DNA of 64,000 nt from a virus (lineage: Duplodnaviria; Heunggongvirae; Uroviricota; Caudoviricetes): positions 137,185-201,184 of the IMG/VR virus record IMGVR_UViG_3300033146_004404; one strand, given 5' to 3'. Below are positions 29,315-38,792 of the stretch, piece by piece. Each line of letters starts with the position of its first letter. Positions within the stretch are counted from its first letter, which is position 1. The notes under the pieces were generated by a model. The model made no database searches, was not told the DNA's origin, and saw only the letters and a program-made list of their open reading frames with translations. A program made the translations under genes and the position numbers.

Positions 29315-29475
29315 TGAAAACAGTAAAAGGAAGAGTTAAAGCATTACCGACTTTATTTAAATATTACTTAGATGATATGATCTTTATTTCTTTGACTAAT
29401 GAAAAAATATCTGTGTTTCATGATGGATCAATAAAGAGAACTATCAGTTCAAAAACAAAAGGAGCTAGAAAATAA
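29314..29475 (+). CDS. Small hypothetical protein (53 aa)
   Basis: GTG start after GGGGAG; fills the gap between the gp47- and gp46-like genes. Confidence 0.5.
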   Translation: MKTVKGRVKALPTLFKYYLDDMIFISLTNEKISVFHDGSIKRTISSKTKGARK

Positions 29476-31650
29476 ATGAATTTACAGGCAGTAAAATTTA
29501 AAAATTTTAAAAGCTATCCTGATGTTGAGACTGTAGTAGACTTAAGCTTCGACGGAATAAAACTTTTACTTGGCCCAAACGGTGCAGGTAAATCTACATT
29601 CTTCGATGCTATAGTCTGGGCCATCTATGGAAAAAACAAAGATGGTGTTGACGGAGTCATCAACAGAAAGACTAAGAAGAATTGTAAGGTTGAGGTATGC
29701 TTTAAAATATCAAATAGCAATTACTCAATTATTAGATATAGAAAGCATGACACAAATGGAAATAAACTATTATTTTTCAAGAATAATAAAAACATCTCAC
29801 AGAGAACAACAGGAGCAACGCAGGAGTTAATAGACAATACAATTCAGATATCGTACAACACAATGATATCTTCAATAGTACTGTCATCTGAGTTGTATAC
29901 TTCTTTTCTTAGATCTTCAAGATCAGATAGGCTAAAAACGATTGAATCTATTCTATCACTTAGATCTATAACAGATTACTATACGAAGTTAAGAAAGTTG
30001 AAAGGGCCTATTGACGAAAAAGTAACTGACGTTGAAAATGAAAAGAGAAAAGCAGAAGTCTCAATATCAACACTACAGGAAAGCGTTGAAGAATATAAAA
30101 GTAATACTAAAGAACTATTATTAGGATTAAAAGCAAAGAAAGAAAAGCTTCAAGAGGATGTTTTTGATTTAACAAAGAAAATTGCTGAGTATGATAAGAT
30201 TGATGTTGATAAAGAAATAACTGCAAGAAAAACTTATGAATTAATAACAGAGAAAAATAATAAACTTAAAATAAGAAAAATAGAAGAAGGAGCAAGCAAA
30301 CAAAACATTACAGACTTAACGAATCAGTATAACGATATTCTTGACGAGATTAAAAAGCTTGAAGAAATTGATATTCAAACTAACTTAGAAGAGAATAGAA
30401 AATACGAAGAAGAAACAAAAACTAACGAAAAGATAAAAGCAGCTGTAAATAAACTACTCTTACTTAAAGTTGAAACTAGCGAAACTAAGAAATCAATAGC
30501 AGAAAAGAAAAGACAAAAAAATAAAATAGATGACGAGATTGAGTTAACTTCAGCAAATATTGATGTTTGTCCAGTATGTGGTTCTGTGGGGCAAGAAGAA
30601 AAAATAAAAGAGTTTATAAAGGTGAAGCAGGCAAGCTCAGATAGTCTTAGCTCTACAATTACTGAGCTTGCTGAAGCAACAGTCAAGATAGATAAAAAAA
30701 ATGAAGACATTGACGCTGCTATATTAAAAATAAAGAAGAAGATCGTACAGGTGTTTACTCCAAAATATGAAGAAGATTATCTTATTGAGTTAGATGATAC
30801 AATAAAGGTTAAGAAGCATAAGAGCCTCATGTTAAACAAAGATATTATAAATGGAGAAAATAACAATAGAGAAATAAATAAAAGAGTTGAAGGTATAGAT
30901 GCCGAGATAAAGAATAATTCAGAAGGGATCGAAGAGCCTTCTTATCACATGGTATTCTTAAAAGATTTGAAAGAAAGAATTGAAATAATAAAAGACGAAG
31001 CAGAAGAGAAAAGAATGGAAATTGAGAAGATTGATGTAGAGGCAAGATCTTCATATAATAAAGAATATATAGATACTATCGCAGTTAATATAGAAGCACT
31101 TAAGAAAGAACTTACTAAGATCAAAAAGAAGCATAATAAAGCAGTTGATGATCAGAACCATTATGAAGCTTTACTTACAATCTTTTCTAATAAAGAATCA
31201 GGTTTTAAAAAGTTCTTCATAAATAAAATGATAGGTGTGTTTAACGATAGAGTTAATTTCTACTTGCCATTCTTTTTTGACGAGCAGATAGACATACAAT
31301 TTGATAAAGAGCTTCTGGATAAAATAATTGTTGACGGAGAGGAGGTTAGTTTTACTTCATTCAGTTCAGGACAGAAGACACGGTTTGACTTAGCTGTATC
31401 GTTCTCTTTGTTTATGATGGTTAAAACATTCTTTCCTTCAACAATTAATCTTCTAGTATTTGATGAGATATTAGACATGAACCTTGATAAAAAAGGTTTT
31501 AACTCTGTTAAAGAAATCATTGACAACTTAGGTGAGAACAATACAGTGTTTGTTGTTTCACATCAGGATTACTTAAAAGAGAAATTTCAACATAGTATAA
31601 AAATTGGAATGGACCATAATAAATTTAGCTACATAGTTGGAGAAGATTAA
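29476..31650 (+). CDS. Recombination ATPase, gp46/SbcC/Rad50-like
   Basis: GPNGAGKS, CPVC hook, FSSGQ signature, LVFDE, VVSH. Confidence 0.92.
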   Translation: MNLQAVKFKNFKSYPDVETVVDLSFDGIKLLLGPNGAGKSTFFDAIVWAIYGKNKDGVDGVINRKTKKNCKVEVCFKISNSNYSIIRYRKHDTNGNKLLFFKNNKNISQRTTGATQELIDNTIQISYNTMISSIVLSSELYTSFLRSSRSDRLKTIESILSLRSITDYYTKLRKLKGPIDEKVTDVENEKRKAEVSISTLQESVEEYKSNTKELLLGLKAKKEKLQEDVFDLTKKIAEYDKIDVDKEITARKTYELITEKNNKLKIRKIEEGASKQNITDLTNQYNDILDEIKKLEEIDIQTNLEENRKYEEETKTNEKIKAAVNKLLLLKVETSETKKSIAEKKRQKNKIDDEIELTSANIDVCPVCGSVGQEEKIKEFIKVKQASSDSLSSTITELAEATVKIDKKNEDIDAAILKIKKKIVQVFTPKYEEDYLIELDDTIKVKKHKSLMLNKDIINGENNNREINKRVEGIDAEIKNNSEGIEEPSYHMVFLKDLKERIEIIKDEAEEKRMEIEKIDVEARSSYNKEYIDTIAVNIEALKKELTKIKKKHNKAVDDQNHYEALLTIFSNKESGFKKFFINKMIGVFNDRVNFYLPFFFDEQIDIQFDKELLDKIIVDGEEVSFTSFSSGQKTRFDLAVSFSLFMMVKTFFPSTINLLVFDEILDMNLDKKGFNSVKEIIDNLGENNTVFVVSHQDYLKEKFQHSIKIGMDHNKFSYIVGED

Positions 31651-32078
31651 TGGAAATAGGTAAAGAAATCGAGGCTATTTTATCAGAGATTAAGTTTAAA
31701 CATGACATTGTTGATAAAGTAAAGAAAACTTTTGGGCTTGCCTATTTGAAAGACGGAGTCATCATAAAAATTTTATATAATTTTGAATTGATTGCTGAAT
31801 TGTGGAGTCTATATACTACAGCTACAGCAATTGGTGATAAAAGCATGGTGTCAACAATACTTACAGAAAATACTTCTGGAGGTATTGTTGACACCGGTGA
31901 CACAATGATTAACATTAAAGATGTTAGTGCGATGGTGCCTGTTTATCGCTTCAGGAATGACACTCAAGAAGCTAGAGAAGAAATGAGTGCTAGGATGGGA
32001 GAAATGGAACTCTATTTATTTGGTTCTAATGCTTTCGACGACAATGATGAAGATGAAGACGACTACGACGACTATTAA
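31650..32078 (+). CDS. Hypothetical protein with acidic tail
   Basis: Coupled start; RBS GGAG. Confidence 0.6.
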   Translation: MEIGKEIEAILSEIKFKHDIVDKVKKTFGLAYLKDGVIIKILYNFELIAELWSLYTTATAIGDKSMVSTILTENTSGGIVDTGDTMINIKDVSAMVPVYRFRNDTQEAREEMSARMGEMELYLFGSNAFDDNDEDEDDYDDY

Positions 32079-32109
32079 AAAAGGCAACCAATTGGTTGCC
32101 TTTTTTAAT
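32074..32109. terminator. Bidirectional terminator, 36-bp perfect palindrome (CCAATTGG centre)
   Basis: ATTA6GGCAACCAATTGGTTGCCT6AAT; both convergent stop codons lie in the arms. Confidence 0.85.
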
Positions 32110-33601
32110 TCATATTATTTTTAATTTTATTTTCTGCCTCAGCTGCTCTAACTTTATTTGGTTGGTTGGTATTATTCTTTGCTTTTCTAGCGGCACTTCT
32201 CATAGCCCTACTGTTACGTTCTTTTTTCTTATTTTCATCTCTTGCAGTTTCAGCTTTATTGTATATCTTAAGAGCTTCTGGATCCATTGGATTCATGCTA
32301 GCATATTTTTCAGCTGCTTCGGGAGAAATGTACTTAGCAACTAAAGCTTTGCCTGTAAAAGCATCTTTAACAGCAGTAGCTTTATTTGTTATTGCTTCTG
32401 TTCCTTTTTTAACATACTTTTGATTAGCAATGCTTTGAACTATTTTTTGAGGTTTAGGTATTTTATCAAGGTTCAATCTCTTTTTAAGTGTTTTTGATGC
32501 AGCACCAAGAGCAGTACTTTCTCGTGCGTTTTTAAACTTCTGGGTTGCTTTTATTGAAATTTCAAGATCGTATTTATTTGATACATTATTAGAAGCATTT
32601 TTAAGTTTTCTAGCTTCTGACGAAGCTTTTATTCTCTTAGTAGAATTCGATTTTGATTTAAAATTTACTTGCTGATCTCTTGCTTTGTTTATAAGATTGT
32701 TCATCTCTTTATTATACTTATTAATAAGTTTTCTATTTTTAGCTTGTATAAGAGGGTTTTGAATTACTTTGAAGCGCTCTTCAAACTTACTTAGATTTTT
32801 TTGTTTTATTGCTTCTATTTCATCGGCGATAGAGTTAGGACTATCTTTACTCATTCTTACTTTTGAATCTGGATCTATTTCTTCAGGCTCTTCATAAGTA
32901 GATCCTTCTGCTTCAGCTTTTGCTTTTGCTTTTGCTTTTGCTTTTGCTTGATTAACCCTTGACCTGTCATATGTTGTATCTTGTTCGTTTTCAGGCTTTC
33001 CAATTGAGTTTCTAATTTCTTCACTTTCTGCACTGGCTTGTTTAGCATTTGCTGCCATTACTGCTGGATCAGTTTCATCTGTTTTATCATCTGTTTTATC
33101 ATCTGTTTTATCATCTGTAGTTTTAGTGCCTTCAGCTCCAGCTTTATTTTTATTATTTTCGGCTTTAGCTTCTCTTCTGTACTTAGTTACCGTTTTCGTT
33201 GAGCTAGTAGTAATTGCGCTAATGATTTTATCATCTATTTCTTTAGCTTTATCTTTAACGTCATCTCCAGTATTTCCTTCTGTATTGAAGTTAAGCTTCT
33301 TCATCTGTTCCTTATCTTTGCTAAGGACTGATATTGCAAAAGCTAAATCATAGAATGCTGAAGACGGGTCGTTAAAAATTTTTACCATGGCTGAAGTAGG
33401 ATTCTTTTCGATTCGAGTTTTAAGTTGAAGAACAAGATCTTGATCTATCTTTTTAATCACTTCCTTTGCTTTAGCAACAACTTCAGGAATTCTTTTCCAT
33501 TGTTTCCCAAGCCCTTGAGTTTTAATTATTTGTTTGAAGCTATTGTTATCTTCATTTTCATTTAATGTCTTGTTGTTATAAAATTCTCTAAAAGAGCTCA
33601 T
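32105..33601 (-). CDS. Low-complexity K/A-rich protein, probable internal head protein
   Basis: MSSFREFY...TLNE leader; TDDK and AK repeats; three late motifs upstream. Confidence 0.55.
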   Translation of the reverse strand: MSSFREFYNNKTLNENEDNNSFKQIIKTQGLGKQWKRIPEVVAKAKEVIKKIDQDLVLQLKTRIEKNPTSAMVKIFNDPSSAFYDLAFAISVLSKDKEQMKKLNFNTEGNTGDDVKDKAKEIDDKIISAITTSSTKTVTKYRREAKAENNKNKAGAEGTKTTDDKTDDKTDDKTDETDPAVMAANAKQASAESEEIRNSIGKPENEQDTTYDRSRVNQAKAKAKAKAKAEAEGSTYEEPEEIDPDSKVRMSKDSPNSIADEIEAIKQKNLSKFEERFKVIQNPLIQAKNRKLINKYNKEMNNLINKARDQQVNFKSKSNSTKRIKASSEARKLKNASNNVSNKYDLEISIKATQKFKNARESTALGAASKTLKKRLNLDKIPKPQKIVQSIANQKYVKKGTEAITNKATAVKDAFTGKALVAKYISPEAAEKYASMNPMDPEALKIYNKAETARDENKKKERNSRAMRSAARKAKNNTNQPNKVRAAEAENKIKNNMN

Positions 33602-33625
33602 TCGTTTTCTCCATTTTTGTTTATA

Positions 33626-33659
33626 TTACCTTTACTATTACCTTTACTATTATCTTTAC
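33626..33659 (-). promoter_or_regulatory. Three tandem putative late promoter motifs (12-nt period)
   Basis: Reverse complement reads GTAAAGATAA, GTAAAGGTAA, GTAAAGGTAA. Confidence 0.65.
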
Positions 33660-33688
33660 TTGACAAAAAAAGAATAATATGTTATAAT
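33660..33688 (+). promoter_or_regulatory. Conserved promoter (copy 5)
   Basis: TTGACA-AAAAAAGAATAATATGT-TATAAT. Confidence 0.9.
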
Positions 33689-33706
33689 TAATTAAAAGGA
33701 GCAAAA

Positions 33707-34996
33707 ATGGCATATTCACATCTCCACGTCCATTCCCATCTTGGGAGTCAGCTTGATGGAATCGGAACATCGGAACAATACGCTAAATTAGCAAAAGAAA
33801 TGGGACATCCATCTCTAGCAATAACAGATCACGGAAAAATGAACGGTCATTACGATCACTTCCTAGCTTGTAAAAAACATGGGATTAATCCTATATTTGG
33901 AGTTGAAGCATACGTTGAATTCGAGCTAGAACGATTTGAAGAAAAGAATGGAAAACAGAAAAGAGTTAGAAATAAGAATATGCACTTAGTCCTCCTTGCA
34001 AAGAACGAAGTCGGTTATAAAAATCTTCTTAAGCTGAACTATAAATCTATGTCTGATGAAAAACATTTCTATTACAAGAATCATATAACCATAAAAGAAC
34101 TCTTTGAAAACAAAGAAGGGATAATCGTAGGAACAGCTTGTATGGGATCTCCGTTCGCAAGACTATATAGAGACAAAAAAATAGTAGAAGCAGAGAAGTT
34201 ATTTAAACTATTTAAGAATCAATTCGGTGAAGACTTCTATGCTGAGTTACAAATAAATGAAATAGATCATTCCATTGATAACTTTGAAGAAGGACAGAAA
34301 TCTGTAAACGCATTTATTTTGAGGTTAGCTAAAGAGTATGATGTTCCAGTTGTGCTTACTGGTGACGTTCATTATTCAAAAAAGGGGATGGCAAAAATAC
34401 AAACACTAGCAATAGCAATCAGTAGAAAAGTAACTCTTGATGAACTTGATTGGGAACTTGAAGGAAAGAGTTTGTTTTATATGGACATTCCTGACTTTAA
34501 AAAATTCAATGAAGATTGGGGTTATGGATATACAAATCAGCAGATCGAAGAATGGTGTGAGAACACTCAGCTTATTGCTGATAGATGTGACTTTCAATAC
34601 AGAGAGAGGAATAGAGTTCTCCTTCCAACGTTTTCGGAAGATGATGATGCTTTATTAATAAAAGAAAGTATGAAAGGATTAGCTGAGAAATTAAAAGTTG
34701 AAGACTTTAAACATGCTCCAAAAGAATATAGAGAAAGATTAGCGAAAGAACTTGAGATCATATTAAGGAAGGGGTTTGCTTCATATATTATGATATTATG
34801 GGATGTGTTTAATTTTGCAAAAGAAGAAGATATAATGCGAGGTCCCGCTCGGGGCAGCGGTGGTGGTTCATTACTTTTGTATGCTCTTGATATAACAACA
34901 TTAGATCCAATAAAATATGAACTCATCTTTGAACGTTTCTTGTCGGATCAGAGATCCGTAGATGTTGTTTATGATTGGTTTGGTGAAATAAAATAA
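33707..34996 (+). CDS. dnaE: DNA polymerase III alpha, fragment 1 (PHP domain plus start of palm)
   Basis: HLHVHS, AITDHG, GVEAY, TGDVHY, RGSGGGSL, FERFL; ends before the DIDxD motif. Confidence 0.92.
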   Translation: MAYSHLHVHSHLGSQLDGIGTSEQYAKLAKEMGHPSLAITDHGKMNGHYDHFLACKKHGINPIFGVEAYVEFELERFEEKNGKQKRVRNKNMHLVLLAKNEVGYKNLLKLNYKSMSDEKHFYYKNHITIKELFENKEGIIVGTACMGSPFARLYRDKKIVEAEKLFKLFKNQFGEDFYAELQINEIDHSIDNFEEGQKSVNAFILRLAKEYDVPVVLTGDVHYSKKGMAKIQTLAIAISRKVTLDELDWELEGKSLFYMDIPDFKKFNEDWGYGYTNQQIEEWCENTQLIADRCDFQYRERNRVLLPTFSEDDDALLIKESMKGLAEKLKVEDFKHAPKEYRERLAKELEIILRKGFASYIMILWDVFNFAKEEDIMRGPARGSGGGSLLLYALDITTLDPIKYELIFERFLSDQRSVDVVYDWFGEIK

Positions 34997-35007
34997 AGGA
35001 AGGTATA

Positions 35008-35175
35008 ATGGAAAAAGAATACACAGTGAAATGCGTTGAGTGTGGCAATAAATTTAAGGCAAGGTTTGAAGCGGATAAGCTTGATGGGTATGAAACATTA
35101 GCTTATTGCACAGAGTGTAATGACGTTAAAGAAGTTACTTTATCTGGAGCTTTTCAAGCAAAGAAAAAATCTTGA
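35008..35175 (+). CDS. Small zinc-ribbon protein (55 aa)
   Basis: Read manually: CVECG...CTECN; RBS GGAAGG. Confidence 0.65.
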   Translation: MEKEYTVKCVECGNKFKARFEADKLDGYETLAYCTECNDVKEVTLSGAFQAKKKS

Positions 35176-35200
35176 CAAAAAAAGAATAATATGCTATAAT
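35172..35200 (+). promoter_or_regulatory. Conserved promoter (copy 6)
   Basis: TTGACA-AAAAAAGAATAATATGC-TATAAT. Confidence 0.88.
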
Positions 35201-35207
35201 TGAGTAT

Positions 35208-36524
35208 ATGGAAGAAACAAAAGAAAAAATAAATGATATTATCAACACTTACTTAGATGGCTTTCAAGACCTTGGTTATGAAATAACGGAAGATATAAAG
35301 AAAGCTTTGTTGTTCGCAGAATTTTCAAAAAAGAATTTAATAATTTCTGGTTCAGCGGGAACTGGAAAATCAACATTTATAGAACTATTTAAGAAAAATT
35401 CAAAAAAGTCAGTCGTAACCCTAGCCCCCACTGGGGTTGCGGCTGTTAACGCAAACGGAGTAACCATACATTCGTTTTTTAAAATGGCAATAGGTATAGC
35501 AAACAAATATTCAGTTTCAAAAGAAGCTAAAGAAGTAGTTAATAAAGTCGATGTTATTATCATTGATGAAATCTCAATGGTTAGAGCAGATCTTATGGAT
35601 GCTGTAGATTCACATTTAAGAATCCTTACAGGAAACGCTGATAAGCCTTTTGGTGGAATTAAGATAGTTGCTGTTGGAGATTTATTTCAATTGCCTCCAG
35701 TAGTTCAAAGCGGAACTCCGGACTTTGCTTATATTAGAGATAACTTTTATTCAAAGTGGTTTTTTAGTGCGCCGGAGGTCGGTGAATTTAACGTAGTTGA
35801 ATTAAAGAAGATCTTCCGTCAAAGCGAAGAACAGTTCATTAATACTTTAAATAGAATTCGTGTTGGAAAGCAGTCATGGGATGATCTCAAACTAATAAAT
35901 ACAAGAGTAGTAACAGAAGAGGAGTTTGGTAAAGACGGAGAAGATTATATTTATTTAGCGTCTACTAATAAGACAGCTGATAACGTAAACTCCGAGAGGT
36001 TAAAGAAAATAAATGAACCATCGTTCTTTTTTCACTCATCTACTAAGGGCGATTACCCAAAAGGGTCTATGCCAGCTCCGGAAATAATTGAGTTAAAAAA
36101 GGGCTCTCAAGTAATGATGCTTAGAAATATAGCAGCACACAATCTTTATAACGGCCAGGTTGGAAGAGTAATTGCTTTAGGTGAATACTTTATCAAAGTT
36201 AAATTTGGGAAAGCAGATTATGTAATTAATAAAGAAATCTGGTTGAACAATGAATACTCGTTAGTTGATGGAAAAATACAACTGAAAGAACTTGGTTCAT
36301 ATACTCAGTATCCTTTAAAACTTGCTTATTCAATAACCATTCATAAAAGTCAAAGTAAAACTTATGAGAAGATTTTTATTGATTTAGGTGGCGGTGCTTT
36401 CAGTGCCGGACAGACTTATGTTGCTTTATCAAGATGCAAGACTCTTAATGGAATTGGCCTTAAGTATAAAATTGAAAAAAGAGATATAATAGTTGATAGA
36501 GTTTTAAAAGAGACTTTTCTTTGA
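35208..36524 (+). CDS. PIF1/RecD-like SF1B helicase
   Basis: GSAGTGKS, APTGVAA, IDEISM, GDLFQLPPV, TIHKSQ, YVALSR. Confidence 0.9.
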   Translation: MEETKEKINDIINTYLDGFQDLGYEITEDIKKALLFAEFSKKNLIISGSAGTGKSTFIELFKKNSKKSVVTLAPTGVAAVNANGVTIHSFFKMAIGIANKYSVSKEAKEVVNKVDVIIIDEISMVRADLMDAVDSHLRILTGNADKPFGGIKIVAVGDLFQLPPVVQSGTPDFAYIRDNFYSKWFFSAPEVGEFNVVELKKIFRQSEEQFINTLNRIRVGKQSWDDLKLINTRVVTEEEFGKDGEDYIYLASTNKTADNVNSERLKKINEPSFFFHSSTKGDYPKGSMPAPEIIELKKGSQVMMLRNIAAHNLYNGQVGRVIALGEYFIKVKFGKADYVINKEIWLNNEYSLVDGKIQLKELGSYTQYPLKLAYSITIHKSQSKTYEKIFIDLGGGAFSAGQTYVALSRCKTLNGIGLKYKIEKRDIIVDRVLKETFL

Positions 36525-36549
36525 CAGAAAAAGAATAATTGAATATAAT
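36521..36549 (+). promoter_or_regulatory. Conserved promoter (copy 7, variant)
   Basis: TTGACA-GAAAAAGAATAATTGAA-TATAAT. Confidence 0.8.
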
Positions 36550-36585
36550 ATAATATAATAGACTTATTACCGAAGGAGATAAAAA

Positions 36586-37488
36586 TTGAAGACTTGGACT
36601 GAGCTTAAAGATTTTTGTGAAAAAAGCGAACGTTTTTTAGACTTAAGCGAAGAAGAAAAAAAAAGATATAAAAAGGAAATTGCTGTAGCAAAAAGATTTT
36701 ATTCCAATAAAAGAAATCTTTTTGACGAACTTCAAATAAAAAAGGATAGAATTGATAATAGATACATAATTCCTTTTTTATTAAAGCTTACTGACTGTAT
36801 TGCCAACAAAAGACCTGCTTATATTCAGGTAAAGTCAGGAGCTTCAGGAGGGATAGACATAGACACCGATTGGCAGGGTGATGGTAGAGAGAAAATCTAT
36901 AATTATCTCGTTGAAAAATATGGAATAGAAAGAGTTCTTCATGTAGGAACTTTTTCAGCTCTTGGGCCGGCATCAGCAGCAAAAGATGTTTTAAGAGCAA
37001 ATAAAATTGACTTTGGTAAATCAAATGCCTTCACTAAAGTTCTTGAAAAGCAAGAAAGTTGGGAAGAGAATCTTGAGAGAATTAAAGGAACAGATCAAGC
37101 CAACTGGAGATTCTATGAAGAGAATAAAGAAGTTCTTGAAGATGTTCCTCACTTAATTGGAAAGATAAGACAGTGTTTGCCTTGGAATCAAGATGTAGAT
37201 ATCATTGACGAATATGGAGTTAAAACAAAAAAGCTCATAAAGTTTATAGATCCAGCCCAGGATTATATTTCTTATATGGATAAAGATGGAAATAAACAAT
37301 ATACTAAAAATTATGAGGTATTCCCTTCTGGAAAGAAGAAGATATATGAAATAACTACCTCAAAAGGAAAAAAGATAAGAGCGTCTGCTAATCATAAATT
37401 TTTTTTAAGAAGTGGTGAAATTAAAAGATTAAAAGATTTAAAGAATGACGATGAAATCATCATTGATAGTAATTCCGCCTCCGTGTAA
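36586..37488 (+). CDS. dnaE: DnaE fragment 2 (catalytic DIDTD palm) fused to N-terminal half of a split intein
   Basis: GIDIDTDW..GREKIYNYLVEKYG..VLHVGTF...GKIRQ|CLPW...ASANHKF. Confidence 0.88.
   Translation: MKTWTELKDFCEKSERFLDLSEEEKKRYKKEIAVAKRFYSNKRNLFDELQIKKDRIDNRYIIPFLLKLTDCIANKRPAYIQVKSGASGGIDIDTDWQGDGREKIYNYLVEKYGIERVLHVGTFSALGPASAAKDVLRANKIDFGKSNAFTKVLEKQESWEENLERIKGTDQANWRFYEENKEVLEDVPHLIGKIRQCLPWNQDVDIIDEYGVKTKKLIKFIDPAQDYISYMDKDGNKQYTKNYEVFPSGKKKIYEITTSKGKKIRASANHKFFLRSGEIKRLKDLKNDDEIIIDSNSASV
37174..37485 (+). mobile_element. Split intein N-half (104 aa)
   Basis: Block A CLPWNQ and block B IRASANHKFF; ends at a stop with no HN. Confidence 0.88.
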
Positions 37489-37515
37489 AGGTAATGTAAA
37501 CACGGAGGTGGAATT
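37471..37515 (+). promoter_or_regulatory. RBS-sequestering hairpin with late motif in loop
   Basis: AATTCCGCCTCCGTGT pairs with ACACGGAGGTGGAATT; GTAAAGGTAA at 37485-37494. Confidence 0.8.
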
Positions 37516-37518
37516 TAT

Positions 37519-38388
37519 ATGAAGTGCTTAATATGTGGAGAAGAAGTAGAGAGAAGTAGTTTTCATTTTCATTTAAAAAAACATAATATGAAAATGAAAG
37601 AGTATTATGTAAAATTCAATTTTGACTTTACGAAAAAAGATTATTTAGAAAATGAATATTGTAAAAATGAAAAATCACTGAAACAGATAACAAAAGAATG
37701 TGAAGAGAAATATAATATTTCAAATTTAAAAAGTACTGTACTTGATTTTGCTAAAGAATTTTATATAAAAAAAAGAACTATTTCAGGTGCTGGAAAATTG
37801 TATTTTGAAAATAATGAAATTTGGAATAAAGGGTGTACGAAAAAAGATAATGCTTCTGTAGCTTTATATTCAAAAAAGAAAAAAGAGCTTTATAAAAAAG
37901 TAAGAAAAAAACTAGAAAGTTTATCTATAAGTGAATTACTAAAGTTTAATATTCAACAGAATAAAAAAATTAGAAACATACTAAGAAAAAAGCTTATAGA
38001 AAAACAAGATAATATCTGTCCTATTTGCGAAAGCAGTTTAACAAATTTAGATAAAAGATTGCAACATATCCATCATATAGACAGAGACAATTCAAATGAT
38101 ACAGAAGAAAATTTAATCGTTTTGTGTGCAAGCTGTCATACAAAATTATCTGGGCACAAACACAGACTTAAAGAACTTGATTTTATATTATCTTATGATG
38201 ACTTTGTTAATAATTTAGAACTTGTTAGATATGAAATATCTAAAATAAAAAAAAATAAAGAAGATATGATGTGTCAATTAGAAAGCGTTGATAAATTTGA
38301 TAAAAAAAAGTATTATGAAAATATAAAGGAGAATGGAAAATGCTCGATAAACATATCAAAATTAAAACTGACAGAATTTATTCAATAG
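37519..38388 (+). CDS. Free-standing HNH homing endonuclease between the split-intein halves
   Basis: CPIC...HIHHID...NDTEENLIVLCASCH; N-terminal C2H2-like finger and IWNKG motif. Confidence 0.85.
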   Translation: MKCLICGEEVERSSFHFHLKKHNMKMKEYYVKFNFDFTKKDYLENEYCKNEKSLKQITKECEEKYNISNLKSTVLDFAKEFYIKKRTISGAGKLYFENNEIWNKGCTKKDNASVALYSKKKKELYKKVRKKLESLSISELLKFNIQQNKKIRNILRKKLIEKQDNICPICESSLTNLDKRLQHIHHIDRDNSNDTEENLIVLCASCHTKLSGHKHRLKELDFILSYDDFVNNLELVRYEISKIKKNKEDMMCQLESVDKFDKKKYYENIKENGKCSINISKLKLTEFIQ

Positions 38389-38489
38389 TTGAAAAAGAAG
38401 AAGAAGAAACATATGATATTCAAAACTTTCAAGATGATTGCTTTTTAAAAGAACCAAATTTTTTTGCTGATGGTTTTCTCGTTCATAAT
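38340..38489 (+). mobile_element. Split intein C-half (50 aa)
   Basis: Blocks F/G ending VHN, +1 residue Ser. Confidence 0.88.
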
Positions 38490-38780
38490 TCTGGAAAGCA
38501 TGCTGGTGGAATCGTAATTAGTGACAAACCAATTTATAACTATATTCCTGTTGATAGAGTTCAGGGAGAAGTTGTTACAGCATTTCCAGAAAGTGGAAGC
38601 AACACTGTTCTTGATGAGATCGGTATAATAAAATATGATATTTTAGGTATATCAATCTTGGATGTTATATCAGAAGCTATAGGTATGATAGACGAAGACA
38701 TTTATTTAATTGAAGATGACGATGGAATTCAGAAAGCGGTCCCTGCATCTTACATAGATAACATAATAAAAAAACTTTGA
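38340..38780 (+). CDS. dnaE: C-terminal half of split intein fused to DnaE fragment 3
   Basis: TYDI...NFFADGFLVHN|SGKHAGGIVIS...IIKYDILG (third catalytic Asp); own SD AAGGAG. Confidence 0.88.
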   Translation: MLDKHIKIKTDRIYSIVEKEEEETYDIQNFQDDCFLKEPNFFADGFLVHNSGKHAGGIVISDKPIYNYIPVDRVQGEVVTAFPESGSNTVLDEIGIIKYDILGISILDVISEAIGMIDEDIYLIEDDDGIQKAVPASYIDNIIKKL

Positions 38781-38792
38781 GGTAATTTATTC

